In this document: positions 13,371-27,870 of the stretch, one piece after another | Numbering within the stretch: position 1 is the first letter of the stretch | How the letters are laid out: every line of letters begins with the position of its first letter | Source of the DNA: the human T2T-CHM13v2.0 reference genome, Homo sapiens | Direction: 5' to 3' (one strand) | Assembly: GCF_009914755.1 (NCBI RefSeq) | Contig: NC_060926.1 | DNA length: 64,000 nucleotides | Made by a program: the position numbers and the translations under genes | Notes under the pieces: model-generated | The model's database searches: none | Told to the model about the DNA's origin: nothing | What the model saw: only the letters and a program-made list of their open reading frames with translations

Positions 13371-15040
13371 CCATCCTAGGGACGGGTGGATTTATGCTCC
13401 TGTGGTTCACAGCTGAAGCTAATGGTAGACACAGCGTCAGGAATTAATTAAAACCAGGAATCTTAAGTTTAGCACTGTCTAATATGTGATTATCTGTTTA
13501 GAATAATATTTTTTACTTTTTGAGATAATTAAATTAAAAACCAAGTTTTATTCTATATCGCACCATTCTTAGAATTCCTCTTAGGTCAGGAAAAGAAATA
13601 AAAGAGTTATTGTTAAAAAATATGTTTACACAAAGTTGTTTGTGTTAACACTTAAAATGTTCCAAAAATATTTCATTTTTAAAACTCAAGTAAATCTCCA
13701 GGGGATTCCTCAAACTTCAGAATGAAACAAAACAGACAAACAAACAAACATACTATAACTCTTGGGCATATACATATTAAGAGTACAAAAGAAATATTCT
13801 TGAAAAATAAAAAAGGCATTATATATTATAATGAACTAGATATTTCAGTACAAGGCTTCTCACTAAAAACATGACTAAAAACAATAGGTAAAATTACCAG
13901 TTTTTTACAACATTCTATGAAACAGTCTAAATAAAATTACAGTAATAAGATTAAATATTGAAGAATTTAACCAAGATGAAAAAAGTAATCATTTTATAGG
14001 AATCTATGCTCACAATAATTTATATATTTCAAATAAAATTTAATTTTCATATATGACTCTTTCTTTTTTTAAAAGGGACATTTCACAGCACATTTTATAA
14101 CCACTTTATCTTCATGTTGGGAGTGTGCTATACATATTAAATCTTTTGGAAGTGAAGTAACTATGATCTTCTGGCCAAGGAGAGACCAGATTTCTTTTGA
14201 ACTTTACAAGCAAGAGTCCTTTTTTTAGTATTCGAACACTTCAAGCTCTGCACTGTTCATTAGTGCATTTATAAAATTTTTTATAATTTATAAAATGCTC
14301 ACAGACTCTTCTAACACTTCTTAAACTGTCCCTGTGGCTCAAATATCTACAGCGTAAAATCCATACTACTTATGGGTCCATATTACTGATGGATCTTACC
14401 TACATCTACTTTAGCAATTGAATCTCACCTCATGCTTTCCCTGCTTACTCTTTTGAAGTTTTTTTTTTAAACTATTTTCTGCAATATCATCTTTATAAAA
14501 TACTTCTAGGGGTTTGTGCCAACCGTTCTTCCAGTATTTATTACCTCTCTCCTCTTCACTGTTTGGTAAACAGTTTTCCTTTAAGAAATCAGGTCAAACG
14601 TAACCTATCTGAAATATCCCTAAACAATTTCCTATTAAAATTTCCTCTATGGTATCATAGAATTAGCTTTATATGTCCAGCAATTCAAAGGGCATGAACA
14701 ATAGAATGTATTTAACCAATGATTATTGAATTAACAAATCTATTAATCTTGTAAATTTATTTCAAAAATGTAGAAACAAATGTCAGCTTTATGCCTCTAT
14801 GTTGTTTTTGTGATTTTAAAAAATTATCTGTGAAGATGGAAAATAGTAGACTAACATTTATGATTACAAAGAAAAAATATTGTTGTAATATTAAATTATA
14901 TTTTAATCTTAAGTTCCTATCCTATAAACTTAACATTGATTTTAAAACATTTTCTGAAACTTATCTCTGGTAAAACATTAAAGACCTGTAAAACTCAAAT
15001 ATCTCTTATGAATTTCTGAGAGTCCTTGAAAATTGCCTAC

Positions 15041-15424
15041 TGCTATAGTCTAAATGTGTCCCTCTAAAATTCACGTTGAAACCTTATCCCCATGGCAGGG
15101 TATTAAGAAGTGGAGCATTTTGAGAAGTGATTCATGTATCATGAGCAGAGCCCTCAGGAATGGAATCAGTACCTTTATAAAAGTGGGTGAAGGGCGCTGC
15201 CTGCTCCTCCTGCCATGTGAGGCACAGTGTTTGCCCATTTTGCCATGTGAGGACACAGCTAGAGGTGCTGTCTATGAGGAATAGAGACTTTGCCAGGTGG
15301 AGAATCTGCTGGGGCCTTGATCTTGGGCTTCACAGCCTTCAGAACTGTTAAAAACAAATTTCTGTTGTTCATAAATTATTCAGTTTAGGGTTTTTTGTTA
15401 CAGCAGCTCAAACACACTAAGACA
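15041..15424 (+). mobile_element. MaLR solo LTR (MST/MLT1A-like)
   Basis: TG...CA termini ('tgctatagtctaaatgtgtccc'...'cagcagctcaaacacactaagaca'); perfect 5-bp TSD cctac 15036-15040/15425-15429. Confidence 0.9.
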
Positions 15425-15789
15425 CCTACCCAATTTCTTTTCTACAGATTCTGCTTGATGTGGAAAAGTGTCCAGGTAAAGATAGCAAATTTCTTATTTC
15501 TCTCTTGTTTCTGAGGATTGTCTTATTTCTGATACCAAAGGAAAAACAACGAGGATTTCTGGGTAAATTTTTGCTTTTCTGTTATAGATACTCTATATTG
15601 TTTGCTTCTTTTTACTGCTGAAATCTGGTCATGAGTTGGAGGTGAAGAGGTACCATTAAGATTCTAATAATGAAAGTTGCATGTAAAAAAATGGTTGGTT
15701 ATAAGTTTCTGATCTTCAATGACAACCTAAGATAGCTACAGCAGTCCTGGCCTGACTAGTGTTAGGACTGGTCAGAAATTCCTTTTGAA

Positions 15790-16380
15790 ATTTTTAAATA
15801 CTTTTATTGTGCTATAATTCATGTATCAATTCTCCCATTTAAAGTATGAAGTTCAATTGTTTTTAGTGTGTTCACAGATAACATGCAACCATAACCAAAG
15901 TCAATTTTAGAATTTTTTCATGAGCTCAAAAGGAAAACCTGTGCCCTTTGCCTATTACTCTCTATACCCTGCTATCCCTAAGACACCACTAATGTATTTT
16001 TGTCTCTGTAGATTTTCCTACTCTGGACTTTTATGAATGAAACCATTTGATACATGGTGTTTTGTGATAGACTTCTTTGATTTAGCAAAATGTTTCCAGG
16101 TTGATCGATGTGGTATCATGTACCAGTACTTCATTTTCTTATGGCTGAAAAAATATCCCATTGTATTGATATGCCATAGTTTGTTTATCCGTTTATCAGT
16201 TGATGGGCATTTGCACTGTTTCCACCTTTTGGCTATTGTAAGTAATGCTGCTATAAATATTTATGTACAATTTTTGTGTGGATTTGTGTTTTCATTTTCC
16301 TTGGGTAAATACCTAGAAGTGGAATTGCTGAGTTATGTAGTAATTATATGTTTAATTTATTGGGAAATTTCCAGATTATG
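15790..16380 (-). mobile_element. L1MB-like 3' end
   Basis: 'cccatttaaagt...ttttagtgtgttcacag...gtttatccgtttatcagttgatgggcatttg...ttgggtaaatacctagaagtggaattgctg'. Confidence 0.85.
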
Positions 16381-17949
16381 TCCTGGAATTAGCTAAACTT
16401 CTACAAAAGAAAGTTTCATAAGTTTATGACACTTTAAGATAATGGCTTGTTGTGTCTTCCCTTTATGTTTTGAAAATTCTACCCAATCTTTGCTCGCTGT
16501 AATATATGTAATGAACTGTTACATCGATTTGCAACACAAATCATCATGAAAGTATGAATAATTTATATTATATGTTTCATTATACTACTTTCAAAAGGAA
16601 TCCATTGTATAACAACTTAAAAATTTAGAAAGAAAGCAATCAGGCATTATAAATACAACTCTAAAATATTTACTCCCTGGTCTCCTTAAACTGTGTACCT
16701 TTCTATATTGATATACATTAATAACAAAGCTTGATTATTAAACATCGTTTCAGAAAATGTTAGTTGAATAAGAGAAATCATATATATTTAAATTTACTTC
16801 TCATTGGCTGGTAAAACGAGATATTGAAATGTGGGGCAGTGAGAAGTAACAAAATGAAAGCAGTTTTGTGATCTTTGAACAATTGAGTCACATTTGGCAT
16901 AGACCCACTGAAGGGACTGTTTTAGAAATGTACTCTGTCTGTGATTTTATGGCCAGTCCTTAAGGTATAGAATATATTCCATATTACTTATTGTCATAGT
17001 GTGCCAAGCTAATAAATTAAAAATTATTAATGTTGAAACTTAAAAAAATAAAAAGATCTTTGCCAAGTTGAGAGAAGTGGATTTGGACTTGCCCAAGCAC
17101 TAAGAAGCAGAAACATTTATTATGTGCTTCCATCACTTTGTGTGAGGGATACGTGGTGGTATGGATATAGGCTGTAACTTATAACAGATGCCAAAGTAGA
17201 AATAGATTTGGAATTTATAAAAATCTTACATTTAAAGGAAATATTTTGCTGGTTGTATTGTATCAGCAATTTAAATATATTTCCTAATACCGTTGTAAGG
17301 AGGAATATTTTGAAAGTGCTTAATTCATGAAAAAAAATATGTTAACAAAATGGATATAAATTCTATTTATGGCCAGGAGTCTGCTTTGGGGAACCCCACC
17401 CTCACTCACAGCCCAGACTGAGATCCATTAAGGAACCTGACCTGCAGGGGCTTGTGTTTCTGCTACTTCCCCATGGACTAAAGGATAGTGCTGTTCACTG
17501 TAGTAAGACAAATATATTTCCTGTTAATTTTTTTTACTGTAAATAAGATGGCTTTTCTTAAATGTAAATAGGGATGTTTCATTTATTTAAATAAAATTTT
17601 AGAAATTGGCATTGGATAAAAAAGAAAGGTTTTGCAAATGTGAGAGATAAGGAATTTCACAAAATCGAATCACTAGGTCCAGCAGTTTCTAAGCCAGAAA
17701 TATGCAACATCTTCTATGTAACTTTTCTAACTACCCATACCCAAATGACACAAATTGATTTTATTTCTTAATTGTATATTGAGTTTACCATCCAATCTAA
17801 GGCAGACACTATTTGTCACCTATGTTACTGTTGTATGTGTAACATATATTGATAAGGAAGAGAGATTATATGAGTTACAATTAGGTTTTTCTCAGTATTA
17901 TTTCTCCATGTCCCCAGCTTTCCTCCACAACAAATATTCACAAAATTTT

Positions 17950-19110
<1,161 letters not shown>

Positions 19111-19896
19111 ATACCTTTTGATCTGTTAGAACTGTGTAACTTTCCTTCTCCTTAGTCTCTGCCGGCACCCAGCCCAATGCTCAGCCATAGAAGACACTAC
19201 ATGAATTTTAAAAATTGAAAAAAATTGTTTAATTAAACTGTGAAGATTTTTTGAAATACAAAAATCTAATTTATTTGTACTTAGTATCTATTAGATTATA
19301 AACTTTTTGAAGGAAGAATTTATTCTTTAGTCTTATTTCCTATTTTTCAAATAAAAGTATAGATTGAAGTTTGGATGAAAGCATGAACAAGTTTGTGGAA
19401 GGCAGACATTTTTAAATGTTGAAATTTAAATTCGATTTTTAATAACGATGTTGTCCATGTTTCATAAATAGAAGTTATTTAAATAATTTTAGTTTCATTC
19501 AAAAAATAGTTGAAATGACTTCTACCATCTCACAAAAGAACTAAGTTACCACTTACGGTGAAAATTCATGAATTGAACAGATCAGATTAGATTTACTATT
19601 GACGGTTGAATTAAAGCAGTTTAGTTGATATTAAATAATTATTTCAAATAATTAGCATATGTTGAAGACCACTTAATACCCTATCATGTTTTCCAAAATT
19701 TTAGGATTTAGAAAGCCATTTATGCTGCACTTAAACATCAAAACAAATTTTGCCATTAAAAAAAACAAAGCATCTCATCATCCATAAGCTGAGTTAAGGA
19801 TACCAACAGTGAATCCCACATATGAAAGAGATTCAAATATTTGCTAAATTACTCATATTTTTATTAATTATTTTCCTTTTTAAAATTTATCAACCC

Positions 19897-22810
19897 ACTT
19901 ATCAACAATAGCCATTCTGACTGGTGTGAAATGGTATCTCATTGTGGTTTTGATTTGCATTTCTCTAATAATTAGTGATGTTGAGTATTTATTCATATGC
20001 TTTTGGCGGTATGTCTACTTTTGAAATGTTTTTATTCATGTTCTTTGACCATTTTTTTAAATGAGGTTGTTTGTTTTTTGCTTGTTGATTTGTTTATGTT
20101 CCTTATAAATTCTGTATATTAGGGCTTTGTCAGAGGCATGTTTTGCAAATGTTTTCTCCCATTCTGTACATTGTCAGTTTACTCTGTTGATAGTTTTGCT
20201 TGCTTGCTTTGTTTGTTTTGCTTTATAGAAGCTCTTTAGTTTAAATAGGTCCCACTTGTCTATTTTTGGTTTTGTTGTAATAGCTTTTGGAAACTTCATC
20301 ATGAAATCTTTGCCAAGGCCTAGGTCTGGATTGGTATTTCCTAGATTTTCTTCTAGAGTTTTTATCGTTTTAGATATTATATTTAAGTTGTTAATCCCTC
20401 TTGAGTTGATTTTTGTGTGTGCTGAAAGGAAGGGGTCTAGTTTCAATCCTCTGCATATGGCTAGCCAGCTATACCAGAGCCATTTATTGAGCAAGGAGTT
20501 CTTTCCCCATTGGTTGTTATTGTTGACTTTGTCAAAAATCAGATGGTTGTAGGTGTTTAGCTTTATTTCTGGGTTCTCTAACCTGTTCCATTGGTCTGTA
20601 TGTCTGTTTTTGCACCAGTACACTGCAATTTTTGTTACTGTAGCTTCGTAGTATAGTTTAAAGTCAGGTGGTATGATGCCTCTGGCTTTGTTTTTTTTTT
20701 TCTTCAGATTACATTGGCTACCTGGACTCTTCTGTGGTTCCATATGGATTTTATAATAGTTTCTTCTAATTCTATGAAAAATGATATTGGTAGTTTGATA
20801 AGAACAGCATTGAATCTGTAAACTGCTTTGGGCAGTGTGACCATTTTAAAAATATTGATTCCTCCTATCCATGGGCATGACATGTTTTTTCATTTGTCTG
20901 TGTCATGTCTGATTTCTTTCAGCAGTGTTTTGTAATTCTCACTGTAGAAATTTTTCACTACCCTGGTTAGCTGTATTCCTAGGTATTTTATCTTATTTTT
21001 GGCTATTGTGAATGGGATTGAGTTATTGATTTGGCTTGATTTGATTCTCAGTTTGGACAGTATTGTAGTATAGAAATGCTACTGATTTCTATACATTACT
21101 TTTGTATCCTGAAACTTTACAGAACGTGTTTATCAGGTCTAGGAGCCTTTGGTCAGAGACTGTGGGGTTTTCTAAGTATAGAATCATATTATCAATTATG
21201 GAGATAGTTTGACTTCCTCTCTTTCTATTTGAATGGCTTTTATTGGTTTGTCTTGCCTGATTGCTCTGGCCAGGATTTCCAGTACTATGTTGAATAGGAG
21301 TGGTGGGAGGGAGTGGGCATTTTTGTCTTGTTGCAGTTCACAAGTGGCATACTTCCAGCTTTTGCCCATTCAGTATGCTGTTGGCTGTGGGCTTGTCATA
21401 AATGGCTCTTATTATTTTTAGGTATGTTCCTTCAATGCCTAGTTTGCTGAGGGTGTTTAATATGAAGGATGTTGAATTTTATTGAAAGCCCTTTCTGCAT
21501 CCATTGAGATGATCATGTATGTTTTGTTTTTTGTTCTGTTTATATGAGTTACATTTATTAATATTAATTTGCATATATTGAACCAACCTTGCATTCCAGG
21601 AATAAAGTCTATTTAATCATGGTGTTAGATTTTTGATGTGCTTTTAATCATGATTAATAAAGTCTATTTAATCATGAGTTTAACTTTTCAATTTGCTAGT
21701 ATTTTGTTAAGGAGTTTTGTGTCTATAATGTTTGTTTATGCCTAAAGTTTTCTTTTTTCATTGTGTCTCTGCTAGGTTTTGGTATCAGGATGATACCGGC
21801 ATCATACAACGTGTTAGGGAGGAGACCCTGCTCCTCGATTTTTTGGGATGATTTCAGCAAGATTTGTACTAGTTGTGAATCCATTTGGTACAGAGTTTTT
21901 TCTAGTTTATAGGGTTTTTTTTTTAATTACTGATTCCATTTAGAACTCATTATGGTCTATTTAGGTATTCAGTTTCTCCCTGGTTCAATCTTGGGAGGTT
22001 AAAGGTTTCCAGGAATTTATCCATTTCTTCTAGTGCTTCTAGTTTCTGTGCACATAAATGTTTGTAATAGACTCTGAGGGTTTTTTTTTTTTTTTGTATT
22101 TTTGTGGGCTTGGTGGTAATGTCATCTTTGTCATTTCAGATTGTGTATATTGGGATACTATCTTTTTATTACTCTGGCTACTATCTATCAATCTTATTTA
22201 TTCTTTCAAAAAACCATTTTTCCATGAATTTTCACATCTCAATTTTGTTCCATTCAGCTCCGATTTTGGTTATTTCTTTTCTTCTGCTAGCTTTGGGACT
22301 GGTTCAGTCTTGTTTTCCTAATTCCTCTAGATGTGATGTTAGTTGTTAATTTGAGATCTTTCTAACTTTTTGATCTAAGCATTTAGGACCATAAATGTTT
22401 GTCTTAACACTGCTTTAATTGAGTCTGCAAGATACTGGTATGCTGTATTTTTATTTTTATTAGTTTCAAATAATTTCTTGATTTCTCAAATGTCTATGGG
22501 GATCATGGGGTCTCCTGCAGCTGGGATTCTGGAAATCCATTGGTGAGAGTGAGTCACTCCACACCTATTTCACTTACTCCTTCCTTGGGAGCCACTTGGG
22601 CCAAGAAATGAGTCCTGGTGCTTGGAAACCCCATGTGTTTTTTCCAGCTTTCTACTCTTCCAGCCCTGGGTCTGCATCCTTCCTCTTTCCACACTCAAGG
22701 CCATCTTTCTGAAAATCTGTTTGGAGTGTGCCAGTCTACTGATGATCTGGTCTTTCTAGGTGAGAAAAGCTCTTCTTGGCTGTGCCTATTCAGCCATCTT
22801 GGCTCTTCCT
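19897..22810 (-). mobile_element. L1PA15/16 or L1PB-like element: ORF2 body fused to its 5' UTR end; ORF1 and 3' end missing
   Basis: ORF 20174..20743 is L1 ORF2 ([13 protein letters not shown]...WNRLENPE); ORF2 homology runs to about 22486, then 5' UTR ending 'cagccatcttggctc' (CCAAGATGGC on the sense strand). Confidence 0.85.
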
Positions 22811-22987
22811 AAATTTGGATAATCTACAAATCACAGATTTTTTTGAACTAATCTAAGATTCTGAGGCTACTGGACAATCAGTCTTAAGTCTAAGGAAACA
22901 TGGGTGCTTTCCAAGAGAGATAGGACATGAGCACTGGTTCATCTGCACAAAAGTATAAAGGAAAGACACATAGGGTACAAGCAAATT

Positions 22988-22990
<3 letters not shown>

Positions 22991-23021
<31 letters not shown>
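22991..23021. repeat. Poly(A)31
   Basis: Uninterrupted A run. Confidence 0.95.
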
Positions 23022-23025
<4 letters not shown>

Positions 23026-24146
23026 AATATTTTAACACATTTCTAAATGTTAATTGTTGTTTAGTATGAAAGTACAGAATTGTAGCCACAGACACAAAGA
23101 AAGATTGCACCTAATCTTTTGTCCATGTACCTCTCCAGGTGCTTACAAGAAAGGTTTAGGATACCAGAGACAGCTCCTGCTTAATGCAAGCATTGGGGAG
23201 AAATTTACCAACCACTGTGAGAAAGGCACAATGAACTTGTGTATCATTATTGCCTTTTTGGCACAAAGTCCCAACTAGATCATTCTTGTCTGTCTACACA
23301 TTGAAAAAAAAAAGCCTTGCACCACTGAAAGAGGGACACAATATATTATATCTTTCAGGAAATACATGGAAATCCATTGTAGTGTGGGAAAATAAAGAGA
23401 AAAAAAGCACTTGATGTTGGGACAAAGTAGGACATTAGAAGTCCTCTACCACAGTGGAGGCAGGATCACTGAAAAAGACCTAAGACCTGGGAATATAGGG
23501 TTTGCCTAAGACTGATGCTAAAGCAGAACAAGAGAAAAGCCTCTCCATTCCCCAGCACCATACTACCAAGTAATGTGTGTTAAGTAATATCAGTCTACTG
23601 CTGAAAGAGAGGCAACAACACAGAGAGAGGTCTTCTCTGATTAGTAAGGCTATAAAAAAATATAGAACTAAAGACAGAACAGAATCGTTGAGGAAATCTC
23701 CCTGAAACTAAGGTCCTGTCATAAGCTCAAAGAAAAGCTAGAAAACATTTAAACCAATGGTGTCCCCAAATCATTGCAACAGCAAAACCTAAATCTTGCT
23801 CAAACCCTGACTAGATTAACTCAATCTGCCAGGCTAAAAGTCTAGCATAAAGAGACATGTTCATTTCACACATAAGCAATATTTATTTTCATCTATATTG
23901 TCTCAGACACAATGTCCAGTATCTGTCAAAAAATTACAGAACAATGAAGTGAGAAAAACAATATGCTGGCAAGATATATTGGAATCAATAAAACCAGGTC
24001 CATATATGATCCAAATATGGAACTATGGAACTATGAAACAGAAAATTTAAAATAACTAAAATTACTGTATTTAAAAACTTTTTTTAAAAAAAGTGGATAG
24101 CATGCACATACTAGAGTTGAGAAAAAAATTATAAAAACAGATTTTA

Positions 24147-24452
<306 letters not shown>

Positions 24453-24968
24453 AAAAACAGATTTTAAATTTCATCAGAATGATGAAAACTGTAAGGAAGA
24501 AAGAGAAATGATGGATATATGAAACATAGTAGTTGAAATAAGAAAAATGCCTTTGACAAAGAAAGAAGAATTGGTAAATATGAAGCTAGTTCAATAGAAA
24601 GAAACTAGGCTAAATCACAAAGAGCAAAAAGAAAAGACTAATGCATGCAAGACCTTAGGGACGACATTAATCAGTCTAACATAGGTGTAATAGGAGTCAC
24701 AAAAGAAGAAGAGAAGCAAAACATGGAAGGGAAATACTGTAAGTTAGTGGCTGAGAATTTTTCAAAAAATAATGAAAGATGTGAAACCACAGATCAAAGA
24801 AATTCATAGAGAACCAAGCAGAATAAACTGACTAGCTATTTAACTAAATAAATAAATCACCTAAAATAGCATATGAAAAATGCTAAAAACTAAAGGTAAA
24901 AAGGAAATCTTGAAGGAATCCAGAAAAAAATAACATATTTAAATACAGAATAATATATATTTTACGTA

Positions 24969-24972
<4 letters not shown>

Positions 24973-25020
<48 letters not shown>
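24973..25020. repeat. (TA)24 microsatellite
   Basis: Pure TA run. Confidence 0.95.
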
Positions 25021-25024
<4 letters not shown>

Positions 25025-27689
25025 TATGAATGATAGCAGACTTCTCAAGACTGCATTCAAAATTACAGAAACCAGAGGAAGTGACATGTTTAAAATGCCA
25101 AACAGACCAGAAAAGGTCAACCCAGAATACTTTACCAAGTATAAATAACTTTCAAAAATAAAAGAGAAGGCTTGTTTCAAACAAACAAACAGGAGATAAT
25201 TTATAACAATAAACACCTACAACAAAAATATTAAAAGAAGTTCTTCAGGCAAAATTAATATCATAGCAGATAAAAACTTGTATCCACACAACTGACTGAG
25301 GAGCAATGGGAGTTTTATGTATAAATAAAAGTACATATAATACAAAGAAAATTAATTTTCTTTCTTATTTTAATTGTTCTATTGACTAATGAATAATGAA
25401 GCTTAATGAGAGCTTCAACATATTCAGCTCACAGTTGGACTCTGTTTCAAACCTGAAATGTAGTTATTCTGTGTGGTGGGTTGTTATCCAAAGCTGAATG
25501 TTAAAAATCAAATATTTATTATTTGCTTTAATGTAGATTGGCGTCTAAAAATATTTAATCAACAAGTGAACTAAATGACAATTCTTATCCCCTGTTACTC
25601 ATCATCAATACTGAATAAGCCAATTTAAAATTATTAAAGTTATTTCCTTCTTACAGCTTGTGAAAACAATTATAAGGAAAATGTTGGAGAAGAGGAAATG
25701 GAGATATAAAGAAAATAATGATTGTCTACTTGAAACAGAAAAATTACTGTCTTCAACCAGATAGATTTAATCAAATTTCAGTGATAATAAAAAAGTCTTA
25801 TATGAAGTCTTATATGAAGGATATAATTTTGATAACATGAAAGCCAACAATTAGCAACTAAAGGCCTTAACACTCATAGTTCATAATTCAAAAACAAATA
25901 GTGCTTTTCCAACAGTATCTGTCATTGAAATCCAGGTACATGTTTGTTAGTAAAACAGAGTTTAATAGCAAGGTGAACATTTCTATTCAGTACTCTTTCT
26001 AGAATTTTGCTAATAAAGATATAAAGGAAAGAAGGTTGAATGCCAATAAATCTATGTTGGCAAAATGTTCATAGAGATTTAATGTCAAATATAAATCTTT
26101 TACTTCCAATTTTATTAAAGAGCCCCATAACTATGCATCATTTAGAGATCAGTGCATAATTCCAACATCCAAGGTTATTGTAACCTGAGGAAAAACCATT
26201 CTTAGTGATTAAAACTTCTAACTTATCAAATATTCGGTTGGTTTATTTTTCAGGGAAATTATACTAGCAAGTATCTCTGTGTGATGCAATATTTATATGT
26301 TCTTCTTGACAATTTTGGACAGGAAGCTGTCAACTGAGGAACAAAATCTAAAACATATCACAAAAGAGTGTATTTTGCAAAAACATGAGCCTTTCAATCA
26401 GAGGCTATTCAAGGGAGCATATGAGATCTCTTTGAGAAAACACAGTATCTGCAATACAGGGAGAAAAATTAAACTAATGATGTAAAAGCGCTAGTCTTCA
26501 AAGAAAATGATTCAGATTTAAGCTGCAATTGACAGAAATAATTGCCTGGTCTTATCGCTTTATCAACGTATAGCTTTCACTTTCTTGGTGGTTGGTTTTG
26601 AAAAATTGATATTAATTAGATAATTAATTATGTATTATTAAAATTCCTGTGTAAAAAGAAGCCTTCTGTAGGTTCTTAATACACAATGACTTTCTTTACA
26701 ATAATTGGCAAGTAAAGTAAAATGAAGTACAATGTATGGGAATTTTGTGAATTTATTTTACTCCTCAAACATTAATGTCATATGTATCATTTAACTTATT
26801 AAGTTTAAAATGTACAGATACCATTTTAATTTTAGATGTAACACTAAATTGTGAAATTTCAGGGGCACCAATTTACTTACTGAAATATAAATGGATATGC
26901 TATTTTAGCAGGAGTTGTTCTGGTAGTCTGTATGAGCAAGCTCATCATCCTTTTCTGCATATAATATAATATATGCTTTAATAGGCCAGAGATCACCAGG
27001 GAAATAACACAGAAAAAATGGAGTTTCAAAAGTAAACATACGCTTCTTTATACACAATAAAGAAAAGAAATCAGTACTTAAATACCATTAGGATTAAGAG
27101 CTTCTTCATCAAAAATAGAGACAACAGACGTGTTGAGGGAAAATTAATATAGAAACAAAATAGCAAATATAACATTGAATAGAAAAAATTAGCTAATTAC
27201 AGTCTTTCATCTCTGCTTACTAGAGAAGCAAAGCCCAATTTTAAAGAAATGGAAATTGTTAGTGAATGCCAAGTGGATTTTTCCATGTGTTAAAGCTCTT
27301 TGGCGTAGAACCTATATGTATTTATCCAGATGTTAAATGTGGGAATTATGATGTTTAATGGTAACTGGAAGTGCATTTGAAGTACAGAATAGTAATAAAA
27401 TATAGGTAACTATTTTTGCAAAAAACAGTTCTATTTCATTCCTAAAGGAATCTAGGATCATACTCTGTTATAAATGTTAAAAAAATGGAGGTACAAACAA
27501 ACACAAAATTGCATTACTTCTAAAGTTCACACTTTAGTTCACAAAATAGATTGAAATTTTCTAAAAAAGGTTGGATGTGAAATATTCAATAGTCTCTAAA
27601 AGATACATTTTAATATTATATGTTTAAGAATAACATTTTCTGAGTGTGCTCTGGTAATTCTTTCCATAGGAGGCTATAGGAGTGAGGCA

Positions 27690-27870
27690 GTACTGTACAG
27701 TGGGTAAGAACACGCACTCTGGGTCACCCAGATCTGGGTTGTAACCCAGTCCTACCATGTATAAACTGTGTGAACTTGAGAAGATCACTAACCTCTCAGA
27801 GCCTCAGTGTCCTTATCTGTAAAAAATGATGAGTACCCACCCCAAAGAACTCCTGTGAGTATTAAAGTCA
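27690..27870 (+). mobile_element. MIR SINE
   Basis: 'agtgggtaagaacacgcactctggg...ctgggtt...ctgtgtgaacttgag...aacctctcagagcctcagtgtccttatctgtaaaa'. Confidence 0.85.

Noticed and set aside
14264-14298. AT-rich quasi-palindrome
   Set aside because: Low complexity; expected at this base composition.
20174-20743. 189-aa ORF
   Set aside because: L1 ORF2 remnant in a decayed element.
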